A stretch of 64,000 bases of DNA. It comes from Podarcis melisellensis (taxonomy: Eukaryota). This document shows positions 40,282-52,603 of this stretch, one piece after another. The stretch lies in NCBI GenBank assembly GCA_964234715.1, contig OZ174276.1; one strand, 5' to 3'. The notes beneath the pieces were generated by a model that saw only the letters and a list, made by a program, of their open reading frames with translations, had not been told where the DNA came from and did not search any database. Each line of letters starts with the position of its first letter. Within the stretch, counting starts at the first letter, position 1. The translations under genes and the position numbers were made by a program.

Positions 40282-43200
40282 CACTGGCTTTGTTTTTGAA
40301 AACTCAAAGACTCCTTCACCTTGACTCACACTCTTCAGGATGCCCTCATTTCCTTCCTGAAGTGATGGACTCTTTTTTACATTCCACTGGTTCAGCTTCA
40401 GATTGCAACCGCTTCTATGGATTGCTCAGTGTATTTATTCCAATACAGAAGTGGCATAAAAATAACACTTTCCCCATCTCCATATCCCAGTGCCCACCAA
40501 TCTGGAATTGTGCTGGAAGCAATACCCATATGCCACTCACAGTTGGAGGCAGCCAGTTTGCACAGATCGAGCTGAGATATCTCCACCTCATCATGACCCC
40601 AACATGCCAGAAATGGAAAGAACTAGACAGCACCCAAGTCCTGAGTAAGAGTGTGTGTCAAGTCCTGAGGCAGAGAAGAGTTAGCAATATACAGTACTCA
40701 AGGTCCTCTTTGTGTTCTGATGTCAGGTTGCTTTGAACACGGCACCCTTTTTGTGTGTCTATTTCCCATCACCACAGTTCTTCATTGGGAACTTGATAAG
40801 TGTGCATGACCTACTCAAAATATTACTAAAATTGGCAGTAGCAAAAAGAAAACATTTAACTTTTACATATCTGGATTGGCCTGCGCAAACAAAAATATTT
40901 AAAGCAGGTGCAGAAAAGGATATTGCAAAGGCGCTTGATTGATGTCAGTAGAGAGGGAGCTCCAAAGTGTAGTGACTCACTAAAAGATTGATTCTCCTAT
41001 TACAGGTGCCCTACCAGTAGATCTTTCTCTGTGGGCTTCTATAAAGGTGGTAGTGTGCTGTGACTAGAGTGCCAGGTTAACACCATATCCTCGGCTCTTT
41101 TGCAGGATTTTCCCATTGTCATGGCGATAATAGTACACAGTTGGGCCATCCCTATGTGCCATGGTCTCCACCACTATTGCACTTCCCCCAGCCTGACAAA
41201 CATCTTGGTGGAGCCTGGTTGTGATTTGTAGGCCAGCATGCAGACCACCCTCTGTGCATGTCATCGTTCCTGTGTAAATCAATGTCTGACCATAAACAGC
41301 TGGAAGCTGCCCAGATCAGTGCTAAAATTCAGCATGCAGGGGTGGCAGGAAGGGCAGGCTTTGGGAAAATCTAGCAGGGAACAGTGCTTTAAAAAAAAAC
41401 AAACCAGTGTTATCTGGTATGGTGTACCATGACTTATGTCTCTTGGCATGGTGCCATTTAGTGTTGGCACCCAAGATACTTTTATCAGTATAGGAGTACT
41501 GGGACCTTTTAACAAAAAAAAAAAGGGGGGGACACGGGGATATGGAACATGGTGGCAGGAGAAATATGGGAGACACAATGGCCACATGCATCCCACATAT
41601 GCCTTAGGGGAATCTATAATGACGGGGGTATAGACACTGCATGTAAAGTTATCCACAGCTTGTTCCCTGTTAATTTACAGAGCCATAGATCCCCCTGCTT
41701 ATGAAGCAACCAGGTAAATTATTTTCTGCTGCTCCTGTTTTATGAGCAGTCGGGTCAGGAGGGGAGAAAGGGGGCAGGTGTTGGATTCCTTAGACCTGGC
41801 AGTGCCCCTCCTTGTCCTGCAGCCCACAAACAAAGGCCCCTTGTTCTGCTGGCTTCATAAAAGAGAGAGAAATCTACCTCTCCAAGGGCGTGCTAAGGCA
41901 GCCGGTTAAGCAAACACACAGGGAAATGGGAATCAGGGTCATGGTCTCATTTCCTGCCCCCCTAGGCTAAGGAAGTTGCTAAGGGGTGGGTGGGTGGGTG
42001 TCCACTAAAACAAGGATGACACAGGTCCTGAACTGCTGGCCCAGGGCTTGTTCTTCCTCAAGCCTGAAGAGGGTCTCGGGGCCTTAGCAGTCTTTTATCA
42101 CCTGAAGTTTTTTTCTTGGATACTGATACCTCAGAACTGAACCCTAAAAAGGGTAACTGAGGGGGACATGTTTGAGAGAAAGAGTTATAATGCTCAAGAA
42201 TAAGTGAATGGTTTCTTGGGGCTGCTTAGAGATAATCAGCTTCACACTCAAATTCTGTCAGCTGGCTAAACTTCACGACAGATATTGAACTGGTAGTAGT
42301 AGGTAGGTAGGCCAGGCTGAAAAGGATGAGTTGTTTTCTCGGTGCATTTAGGTTGACTGCTTTTGGTATATCTCTTGTGTGCTTTTGTTATATGAAGGAC
42401 TTGCCTCAGATATGAACTTTACCTCAGAATCCCCCCTTGAGTTCCAGGTTGTTCCTTTTTTAAAGAGGGAAGAATTTTTGCACTCACTGAACAGGCCAAA
42501 GGTTTTCTGTGGAAACCACCTTGAATGGGTGTCTTCTCTCATGGCTAAGAGTTGAAACCTTTAAAACGCACAGAGAGAAAACCTACATAGGCTGAAAACA
42601 GCAGCTTCTTATGGAGTTGTTGCTATCTGGCATCAGAAAGGTAAGTCCTACGGAAAGAAAGCTAGGAAAGAAACCCTATTTGGGTATTCTTCTAACATGG
42701 GTTTTCATGCAGATTCTCATATATTTCTGTATTTTCTCCATTTTTCTGTATTATGGTGTTTCTAGCAATTTTATGCTTGCACGTACACGCACGCATTCCA
42801 ACTCCAACTCATGTAGGCCAAAGGTCTGAAGTGGAGACCCTCTTGTTGTGGAGGCTCCCCACATGATTTAGTGTTGCTATCCATCCCTAGAAAAGTGTCC
42901 ACTGTCCCATTTGGACTTCAAACAGGATACCTTTCTCCGCATATTCGAACTCCTCCTCCTCAAAACACTGTGGGCAGAGGGTGGGGATGAGAGGGGGAGT
43001 TTCAGATAGAGCGTTTTTTCATGGGCAGGGGGTGATGAGCAAGAGAAGAGATTTGCAGAGACCTCATCCATCCATCCATCCATCTGGTGGAGAGCAGGGG
43101 AAATTGGGAAACAGAGTTTTTCGTGGACAGAGACTGGTGGATTGGAGAGCGTGAACGGGCTTTTGTAAACCGTGTACCTTTGTACAGTAATGGATTGCTT

Positions 43201-43406
43201 TGAAATCATTTATGCATCATGTAATTTTTAGCCCCCCCCCCCATTCTACCTGTATTTTGTCTGACCTGTCCTTTATATTGCCTGACCAACGGCGGGAGCC
43301 CTAGCTCTAAGTCACTTGGGGACCCTCCACACACAAAGGAGGTTCCTGTCTTCAGATCTTTGCCTTGCTATGAGTTGGAGGGTGATGAGGGGTGGAGTTC
43401 GAGGTA

Positions 43407-43769
43407 AAGGTAAAGGTAAAGGTACCCCTGCCCGTACGGGCCAGTCTTGACAGACTCTGGGGTTGTGCGCCCATCTCACTTAAGAGGCCAGGGGCCAGCG
43501 CTGTCCGAAGACACTTCCGGGTCACGTGGCCAGCGTGACATCGCTGCTCTAGCGAGCCAGAGCCGCACACGGAAACACCGTTTACCTTCCCGCTGGTAAG
43601 CGGTCCCTATTTATCTACTTGCACCCGGAGGTGCTTTCGAACTGCTAGGTTGGCAGGCGCTGGGACCGAGCAGCGGGAGCGCACCCCGCCGCAGGGATTC
43701 GAACCGCCGACCTTTCAATCGGCAAGTCCTAGGCGCTGAGGCTTTAACCCACAGCGCCACCTGCGTCCC
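43407..43769 (-). mobile_element. Full-length Sauria SINE, young
   Basis: tRNA-like head GGGACGCAGGTGGCGCTGTGGG with B-box GGTTCGAATCCC; (ACCTTT)n tail; perfect 13-bp TSD ggagttcgaggta at 43394-43406 and 43770-43782; many intact CpGs. Confidence 0.92.
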
Positions 43770-43842
43770 GGAGTTCGAGGTAGAGGGCCCAAATAGAGTC
43801 CCACAGCAAGAGGGGCTAAGGGGGCATTGTCTGACCAAATAT

Positions 43843-43845
43843 TGT

Positions 43846-43925
<80 letters not shown>
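43843..43925. repeat. Compound (TG)n(AG)n microsatellite
   Basis: (TG)~14 directly followed by (AG)~27. Confidence 0.95.
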
Positions 43926-43929
<4 letters not shown>

Positions 43930-44734
43930 GGATGGGGGGAGCACTGCTGCACTAAAAACTAATGACAAGAGCAGAACTGCCTTGAATTTTATCCTCTTCA
44001 ATGTTACTCTGGAAGGTAATCTCAAAGCAGATCCTTCCTATGTAAGTTGGCAGCATTTGACAGATCAACACTCTGACATAAGGCTCACTTTGGGAGCTGT
44101 GATGGCTGAAATAATAGTAAGCTAGCAATGGACAAGTCATTTTGCAAAGTCTCGAAGCACATTTGTAGTGATGGTTCCCCCTCTAGTGGCAGAAAATCAC
44201 ATTGTTACTTGAGGTTAAGGAAGAGAACATACTGTACGTTTGTCCTGCCATCAATACAGGTCTCTTGTCGCTGCCTCAACTGTGGGGACATGATGCAGAC
44301 CACTTTTGTGTTTTCTAGAAGACATTTTATTATGATTGGAAAGGCAAATGAATTCAAAGCTCTCTGCACTGGTCATTTGCTAAATCTCTTCTGGAGAAGT
44401 CAACGTATGAGATACTGAAACTCTGTCTTTATGCTTGGGTTTCCTAAGCAGCAATATCTTGTGGGGATCCCAGTCAGCTGTTACATCTCATTCAGTGTGT
44501 TCTAAAATTCATTTTCCAGCAGCTCCTCTCAGTCACACTGAAGCCAAATCCTGCTGGAACTGGCAAGACGATAGTGTTTGATCAGTTTCAGTGTTCATCT
44601 CCCCCAGCATCCCGTTTCCATCATGGGACAACCAGATGCTCTAGAAAGTCCACATGCAAGGCACAATGGCATCAGCCCCATCCCCTTGTTTGTCCCCAGA
44701 ATCTGGCATTTAGAGATAAGTTTCACCTGTTATA

Positions 44735-45069
44735 GGATTAAACCACAGAGCCTAGGGCTTGCCAATCAGAATGTCGGGGGTTCGAATCCCTGCGACGGGG
44801 TGAGCTCCCATTGCTCGGTCCCTGCTCCTGCCAACCTAGCAGTTCGAAAGCATGTCAGAGTGCAAGTAGATAAATAGGTACCGCCCTAGCGGGAAGGTAA
44901 ACGGCATTTCCGTGTGCTGCTCTGGTTCGCCAGACGTGGCTTAGTCATGCTGGCCACATGACCTGGAAGCTGTACGCCGGCTCCTTCGGCCAGTAAAGCG
45001 AGATGAGCGCTGCAACCCCCGAGTCGGCCACGACTGGACCTAATGGTCAGGGGTCCCTTTACCTTTACC
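44735..45069 (+). mobile_element. Sauria SINE (slightly 5'-truncated)
   Basis: B-box ggttcgaatccc; tail ccctttacctttacc; 13-bp TSD tttcacctgttat at 44721-44733 and 45070-45082. Confidence 0.9.
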
Positions 45070-46704
45070 TTTCACCTGTTATCCTCACCCCCAAACAGGA
45101 GTGTTTTTGTTCAGGTTTCCTCCCTAATGGCCTCCTTAAGGATATTATTATCTGCTGCAACAAACTCAGGGTATTCTGTCCACTCCACCTACCGTGGTTT
45201 TCTGTATTTCTTTTCCAATTGACACTCAACATTCAGTACGTAGTGAGCATGCTGAAAATTCATTGGGCATATACTACTAATACCCACCTAGGAGGAATCT
45301 GGTTTGTTGTTTTTTTGCATTTAAAAGCAGCATTATAGGCAAAAGCACCTCCAACGTAGCATGAAATGAAGAAAAATAACTGTATGGAACTATTCAGGAG
45401 TCAGCAGGTGTCAAGGGTGCTCCTTAGCCAAAGGAATACACACAGAAGATAGTGCTTTATTGTCACAGCTGACACTTACAGTAGCATCTTGGCTCTGAAT
45501 ACCACACAAACATGTTTAGTATCTAGGCAGCTTTTCCCAGGTCTGTGCTCTATGGAGCAGTTGCAGCAACAGAGGGCCACTCACTCTCCACTAGCTTATG
45601 TGTTTTCCCCCAGTGGGCTACACACACACAGGCAGACGCTGTGCGTGTGTGAAAGCTGCCTCTGCACTTCCCACCTCAATTCTCTCCTGGATCTAGGAGA
45701 CAGTGGTGCGGGGGGGGCGCACCCGGAAGCACCCAGCCCTTCCCTTGCCTAGCCTGTCTATTTCTCCTCTACCCTCCAGCTCTGAAGTTTCCCCTGCCTC
45801 CAACTCTTGCCTCCTGGCTGGAACAGTACCTCACAATTCACTGCCCATTCTCTAGAGTCAACTCGTCCCACTTCCCCCAGTGCACACTAGTCAGCATCCT
45901 GCCAGTCCCTGACATTGGGTGCTGTTTCTTCTGCAGATGTCTGTACTTGTTTGGAAGATGGATCCCGAGCTCTGTTTTTTGGCAAAGGCATTCATCTTTT
46001 TTCACAAGAGTATTAGTACCTTATCTCAGGAACAAGGCAAGTCAGTATGTTTAAGTTTTCTTCCTGTATAACCAGTTTGTTTACTTAAATTCATATTATT
46101 TAAAGTTTTACATGTGCATTTTTAAAACATGGAAATAGCAGGTAAATAATACTAATAAAGATTCCTCAGCCGCAACAATGACCTTTTCTTTTATCCTTTA
46201 AACACCTACTGATTTTTCCCCTTTTGCTGCCAAGCTTCTGTAGGCGATAAAGAAGACATTGTTCTGTAGCAGTTAGTTGATGGTCTCTTATTTTTAATGT
46301 GTTTTTATTGTATATAGACAGTCTAGTTGTAAACCACTTAAAATATTTTTATGATCTAAATATTTTTTATAAATAAATAACCGTACCCTACCCAACATCT
46401 ATAACATATAGTTCAACCACATACAGAGACTTCCAAGAGGGAATAAGCAAGTTCACAAGAGACAAAAAACAGGGGGAATGGAAGGAGGAAGAACAGAAGG
46501 AAAGGGAGCAGGGAAGGTGAGTTTTAATATTCCCTTGCAGATCTAGATCAAACAGTTCCAGGAACAATGGAATAGATAGATCTCACTCACCTCTCACCAG
46601 TTAATCCTATTGCAAACCCGATTAACCATTACTGTCCATTATAAACACATTCCATTATTATTTCCACATATTATGGCCACATCGGTTTCTTGCAGCAGAA
46701 ACAA

Positions 46705-46785
46705 GAAGAGTCTTTTGGCACCTTAAAGACTAATGAAAGTATTATGCCATAAGCTTTGGTGGACTTCATCAGATACATGAAGTGC
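46705..46785. mobile_element. Penelope-like retroelement fragment
   Basis: gagtcttttggcaccttaaagactaa...gccataagctttggtgg...cttcatcagat resembles reptile Penelope termini (recognition only). Confidence 0.5.
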
Positions 46786-46947
46786 TTTCCTGAATTGCAG
46801 GTACATCAGTATATATCTCCATGTGCGTATGTACCTGCAGAAACTCACAAATTAAACAGTGCATTTAAAAACCATGTTGGGAGGAATGGTTCTTTGAATT
46901 AGGCAGCACCAGGCACTCCCTGCAAGTATTCCACAAATAACTAGGTC

Positions 46948-47291
46948 GTAAAGGTTAAGGGACCCCTGCCCATTAGGTCCAGTCGTGGCTGATTCTGGGG
47001 TTGCGGTGCTCATCTCGCTTTATTGGCCGAGGGAGTTGGCGTACAGCTTCTGGATCATGTGGCCAGCATGACTAAGCTACTTCTGGCGAAGCAGAGCAGC
47101 ACACAGAAACGCTGTTTACCTTCCCACTGGAGCGGTACCTATTTATCTACTTGCACTTTGACATGCTTTAGAACTGCTAGGTTGGCAGGAGCAGGGACCG
47201 AGCAACGGGAGCTCACCCCGTTGCAGGGATTCGAACCACCAACCTTCTGATCAGCAAGTCCTAGGCTCTGTGGTTTAACCCACAGCGCCAC
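46948..47291 (-). mobile_element. Sauria SINE ~0.9 kb upstream of GNAT1 ATG
   Basis: Colinear with the other copies (gggattcgaacc, ctatttatctacttgcac, taaaggttaagggacccctg tail). Confidence 0.9.
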
Positions 47292-47799
47292 TCAGTATAT
47301 ATTCACAGGTCAATAGCGCTCACATTTTAGCAGAGCCGGTGTAAGAGAGCACTGCAATCGAATCTGTGAGATCTGGATGCTGTTCTTAGTCAAGAACTCA
47401 TTGTATGTAGATAACACAGTCCCTCACACTCATTTCTACTTCTGTAAATCACAAAAAATCTAATTTGTAGGGTGCTTTTCATGAGAATTAAAGTGTCATA
47501 TTTATTAATAGTTTGGGGTGATGGTACAAGTAGTTTTTATTAGCCTCCCCATCTTAAGGTTGTGAGGGGGTTTTGTAGGGAGTTGGAATGACCCAACCAA
47601 GCTAACTGTCCTCTTTCAAGCTGTGATAAAATTCACTCAGAAGCCAGAGTGAGATGGAAGCAAAAGGGCCATTTGGAAACCAATCCACTGTAGCTCTCCC
47701 TATGCTACTATAGCAGGAGGAGTGAGGTGCGACTTGGAGGGAGGGGTCTGCTTTGACAGTGTTGATGCTTCCCTCCAGGTCAAGAGCAGATAGAAAGTG

Positions 47800-48198
47800 G
47801 AAACTGCTGAGTTTAGCATGCGGGGGGATTTGAGGGGCTTTATCTCAGGAATAGATTTGAGCAGCTGCTGAGCAAAGCAAGTCAGATTAAACTAAGAGGC
47901 AGGTCCTGTGGGTGTATTGCTCCAGGCCCTTATTCACCTGTTCTCACTTCACATTGGCCAATACTGACCATCTGACCCCCACCGGGTGGCAAAGTCCTCC
48001 CATCTGCAAGGCAGAAAGTGGCTGGTGCTGGAAAGGGGCAGGAGCAGCTATCAATATTGAAACATCTCAAGGGTGCAAGACTAGGAAGGTTCTGTGTGGA
48101 ATACTGCTGGGCTGGACAGAAAGGCCAAACCACAGCAGGACGTGCTGGAGGTCCCACAGGGGCTTGTCAGGATCCTCTCTTGCTGAACGAAAAGGACG
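47800..48198 (+). promoter_or_regulatory. GNAT1: GNAT1 proximal promoter/5'UTR with rod-type motifs
   Basis: MARE/NRL-like TGCTGAGTTTAGCA 47805-47818; CRX-type AGATTA 47884-47889; double CCAAT palindrome ATTGGCCAAT 47953-47962; AT-rich TCAATATTGA 48051-48060; Kozak acgATGG at 48199. Confidence 0.55.
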
Positions 48199-48304
48199 AT
48201 GGGTGCAGGCGCCAGTGCAGAGGAAAAACATTCCCGTGAGCTGGAGAAGAAACTGAAGGAAGATGCTGAGATGGATGCCAGGACAGTCAAGCTACTGCTT
48301 CTTG
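48199..48304 (+). CDS. GNAT1: GNAT1 exon 1 (coding part)
   Basis: ATG GGT GCA GGC...CTT G|gtaagt; [35 protein letters not shown](G). Confidence 0.97.
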
Positions 48305-49696
48305 GTAAGTCCACCCCCACAGGCAGTCACTAAGGCTTTGCCCTTCTTGTGACTTCTCCCCCTCGCCGACCACCCTCCCAATACTCCCATTTCTTAGCAC
48401 ATCTGAAAGCTGGTCTGCAGATGGTGGTGGTGAATGCATCTGTACCTTTCCAACATCAGCTATTTGGATCCTCAAATTCTGAGGAACCTGCCCAATGGCA
48501 GTGCTACAGAGCCACCAAGGCATTATTACAACCGCTCCAACCCCCTTTTCCATCTCAGTGTGGGGCTTTGTCCAGTGGCATAGTGTTTGGTTCTTATGAG
48601 GCAAGGCAAGGCTGAGTCCAAACCAAACACAACACAGGGAAGGAGGTAGCAGTACACACACACCATCTCCTGCCCTTAGCTGTGATGCCCTCATCATTTT
48701 GTGTGTGTGTGTGCCTGCATTGCTTGTTTTCTGTGAAGCATTGCAGCTAAGCTGCCCATGGCCCAGATCATGTTATCTCTGCCATAAAGGTGAGCAGTGC
48801 TTAAAGCAATCTTAACCAAAGCCTTTGGGCCCAGGTAATCCTCCACAGCTCCCTTGCTGCAGCACCAGCATAGATCCATGTCTGGAGGGAAGTTCATTAT
48901 AAGGAAAGAAAGAAAAGACATGCCGTGTGAATTGGATCACTCACAGGGCCACCATGACCTCGCAGCCCAAGTCAGCAAAGCTATTACGACTGCTGTCACC
49001 ATACTTGGAATAGTTATCCTCCCCCCTTCTACCACACCATGCTCTTCCCCTCCCTTCCCCAAACTTGGCATGTATCCGTCAAAGTTTGGAAAACCTAAAA
49101 GAGGTAGATAGGTAGGCTTGTCAACTGACCCCAAACCCCAGCCTGGACTGTTCCTGGGCATTTAACTGCCCTTCAATCTGCAGTGATTGGCAATTGAAGT
49201 GCTTTTCACAGCAGTGGGGTACCTGCTGTAAGTATCTGTACATTGAGAAGCTGTTAAAGGCACAGCTACAATGGCTGGTTGGAAACTGGCATCCCTAGAT
49301 GATTCAAGGCCTCTCCCTGCCTCTGGTTGTTTAATGTTGTATTCATCCCCAAAGTGTATTAAAAGCAAAACCGCTAACATGCTTCATGAAGCCATATCTT
49401 GCAGCTGCTAAGACAAACACAGGAGGTTTGGATTGTGTATTCTAAACATATCCAGGACAGGCTGTGTGTCATATATAGCTCTGTCCTCCAACATTGGACA
49501 ATGGCCTGGGGGTGGGGAGCAACAACCCGAGGAACTACCCCTGCTGCCCCCATCCTTCACTCAGCCTCACCCACTTCGCTTCACCATAAACCTCCCAGCA
49601 GGTCATTTCTTGTGGATTTTGTGTCATAGATGGAATTAAGTTTTTGAGTCAAATACAGATTATAATCTCTTTTCCTTTCTATTTTTCCCTCACCAG

Positions 49697-49739
49697 GAGC
49701 TGGAGAATCAGGGAAAAGCACCATTGTCAAGCAAATGAA
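49697..49739 (+). CDS. GNAT1: GNAT1 exon 2, 43 nt
   Basis: ctcaccag|GAGCTG...AATGAA|gtatgt; AGESGKSTIVKQM(K). Confidence 0.96.
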
Positions 49740-50656
49740 GTATGTGTGTGCACAGGCAGCTATTCCTTGCCCACTACAATAACTCTTAAATAGTGATAGT
49801 GAAACTGTACTAATAGGAATTCCTTAGCATACCCAATTGCATTCTCCTCTGGAAGAGACTGGTAATGCAGAAGTGCAGACCGCCTCCCTTCTTACAAGGC
49901 CACTTCACATACTATGTTTTTAGGTGCACACACATGATGATTTAAGTGAACACCTAAAAGCACAGTGTTTGTACACAACAAACATGTTTGCACATACAAG
50001 TACATCCTTCAAGGCGCGGATTACTGCTCCCTGTAAAGTGTGTACTCGTTGCCAGCAGCTGGAGGGGAATGCAGTCAAACATGCTGGGAAAGAACTGCTG
50101 GCTGGCTTTCTGCATTGTTTTTATCTCCATGGTAGGTAATTTCCTCTAAGAGTTGGGAGAGGAAGAAGGGAAAATTAGCTGGTCACCTTCCTACCTGCAG
50201 CTTTCCCTAGACCTAGAGACATTTCCTCCACACACACTGTTCCAAAGGTTTCTTTCTGGCAAAATATTCTGAAGCCATTTCTAAAATCTTTGTTCTTCAT
50301 GGTGGATTTGCTTGACTCCCGTCTAACCAGACAGTACTGCTAAACTTTTCATGGCCCTGGAGAGACCTAAGCTGGTAGAGGCCTGTCTGACACATGCAGC
50401 AGAATGAAAAATTATTGTTGTTGTTGTTGTTATTAACAACCCACCCTTCACTCTAAAGTCTTAGGGCAGGTTACAGCATTAAAACACTGCAGTATAGAGT
50501 CATGTGCTGGAACAGTTCCAATGCCAAGCTAAGTGTCTGTCATCTCTGGCCTCTGACCCCATTAGCTGGCCTCTCAGCAGTTCCCTCCCTGCCCAACATC
50601 CTTTAGCACACTAGTCAAGACCTGCTGGATTGATTTTCTGCCCTTACCTTTCACAG

Positions 50657-50798
50657 AATTATCCACCAGGATGGTTACTCATTAGAGGAATGCTTGGAGT
50701 TCATCTCCATTATTTACAGCAATACTTTGCAGTCCATGTTGGCCATTGTGAGGGCCATGGGCACACTCAACATCCAGTATGGAGACTCAGCCAGGCAG
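50657..50798 (+). CDS. GNAT1: GNAT1 exon 3, 142 nt
   Basis: tttcacag|AATTATC...AGGCAG|gtgagt; [47 protein letters not shown]. Confidence 0.96.
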
Positions 50799-50837
50799 GT
50801 GAGTCACTGAGGAGTGGACTTTCTCCCAATGGGAATA

Positions 50838-51189
50838 AAAAAAGGTAAAGGACCCCTGACAGTTAAGTCTGGTCATGAACGACTCTGGGGTTGCGGCACT
50901 CATCTCGCTTTACTGGCTGAGAGAGCCAACATTTGTCTGCAGACACTTTTTCTGGGTCATGTGGCCAGCATGACTAAGCCCCTTCTGGTAAACCAGGGCA
51001 GTGCACAGAAACTCCATTTACCTTCCTGCCGGAGTGGTACCTATTTATTTACTTGCACTTTGACATGCTTTCGAACTGCTAGGTTGGCAGGAGCTGGGAC
51101 CGAGCAACGGGAGCTCACCTCATCGCGGGGATTAAAACCGCCAACCTTCCGATCGGCAAGCCCTAGGCTCAGTGGTTTAACCCACAGTG
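50838..51189 (-). mobile_element. Sauria SINE in GNAT1 intron 3
   Basis: Same family; 13-bp TSD cccaa(t/a)gggaata at 50825-50837 and 51190-51202. Confidence 0.9.
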
Positions 51190-51312
51190 CCCAAAGGGAA
51201 TAGTCATCTATTAATTATTCTATTTATTGTTATCATAATCAGAGGCTGATTTAAAGGGAAAGGCATTGGGGTGCTTTATTGCACTTAACTTTGCCTCCTT
51301 TCTCAACTGCAG

Positions 51313-51470
51313 GATGATTCCCGCAAGCTGCAGCACTTAGCAGACACCATTGAAGAAGGCTGCATGTCGAAGGAGATGTCCGACATTATCTGCCGGCTCT
51401 GGGAGGACACCGGCATCCAAGCCTGCTTTGAGAGGGCCTCAGAGTATCAGCTGAATGACTCAGCTGGCTA
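51313..51470 (+). CDS. GNAT1: GNAT1 exon 4, 158 nt
   Basis: aactgcag|GATGAT...GGCTA|gtagga; [52 protein letters not shown](Y). Confidence 0.96.
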
Positions 51471-51539
51471 GTAGGAAGCTATTGCTTACACCCCTTGAGG
51501 CAAAGGCCCCTTGAGGCAAAGTTACCACAGGAGTGCAAT

Positions 51540-51780
51540 TCTATTTATTTCATTTATGAATCGCTTCCTATGAAGCATCTCAAAATAATTTCACAATGCA
51601 ATAAAAACATCAGTAAAACAACTGCATATACAAAAACAGTTAAAACAATACACACAGAGACAAAATTTAAAATCTAATGCATATAATGACTAAGGCTTTT
51701 TTAAAAATCCTCTTAGAAGGCTTGTTGAAAGAGGAAATCATCTTCAACAGCCACTGAAAAAGCAGCAGAGATGGCAACGA
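51540..51780 (-). mobile_element. Old L2-type 3' end
   Basis: tttatttcatttatgaatcgcttcc...AT-rich tract...ttgaaagaggaaatcatcttcaacagccactgaaaa. Confidence 0.45.
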
Positions 51781-52183
51781 CTGGGTGCACCTGGAGTCAC
51801 ACATCTCTTCCCACTGAACTAACATAGTTGCATGTTTGGGAACTTTCTTAAGACATTTATATTTGTGCATCTCTGACTGAGAATATGCCTGCTCCATAGG
51901 CAAGCCCAGCAAGCATAGAAATCCAGGGGAGAGAACGTCCTTATGCTCAGCCACTCTTGGGCAGCCTTCACCTGCTGCAACTGGCAAGGTGCTTCCCTAA
52001 GAAGCAGAAACTTGAAAGGTAATTCAAGAAGGAAGGTTGAGATCAGGAAACTTCAGCTTTGCCGAATTTGAGCAGTACAGCAGAGTACTTAGCAGCCACC
52101 TTCCTGCTGCTGATCCTTTAAGAACAATGTTATTTTTTTTCTGATATAGCCTGCCACTCACCTTGTCCAACGCACATGGCCCC

Positions 52184-52380
52184 AGGAAACATAGGAAGCT
52201 GCCTTATACTTAAGACCATGGATCCATTTGGCTCAGTATTGCCTAGACTTTGTAATGTCAACGCTGACTTGCAGAGCCTCTTCAGGGCTTCAGGCAAGAG
52301 TCTCTTCCAGGAGAGATGCCAGAGTATGAGCCTGCCAGCATGCAGAGCAGGTGTTCTGCCCCTGAGCCCTGGTCCTTCCC
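52184..52380 (-). mobile_element. Old tRNA-headed SINE with CR1-like tail
   Basis: Minus strand gggaaggaccagggctcaggggcagaacacctgctctgcatgc ... gcagcttcctatgtttcct. Confidence 0.5.
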
Positions 52381-52474
52381 CTGGTCCTTCCCCATTGTGA
52401 CTGCCCACTCTGAAGACCAGAGGTCTCTCAGGTCTAGTTCACATGGTAACCCTGGTACCTTTCTCTATTCACAG

Positions 52475-52603
52475 TTACCTGAGTGACCTGCCGCGACTAG
52501 TGGCCCCTGGATATGTCCCCACAGAGCAGGATGTTCTCCGCTCCAGGGTTAAGACCACGGGCATAATTGAAACCCAGTTTTCCTTCAAGGACCTCCACTT
52601 CAG
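52475..52603 (+). CDS. GNAT1: GNAT1 exon 5, 129 nt
   Basis: attcacag|TTACCTG...TTCAG|gtattg; [42 protein letters not shown](R). Confidence 0.96.

Noticed and set aside
39539-40736. 136-aa and 148-aa ORFs after SEMA3F
   Set aside because: Non-ATG starts, no recognisable homology or splice context; they overlap the 3'UTR and poly(A) region.
43611-44125. ORFs with SLSLSL, HTHT or ERERER runs
   Set aside because: Translations of the (TG)n(AG)n microsatellite and the adjacent SINE.
47023-47250. Similar ORFs at 47023-47250 and 50814-51203 suggesting a duplicated gene
   Set aside because: Both are antisense translations of Sauria SINE copies.
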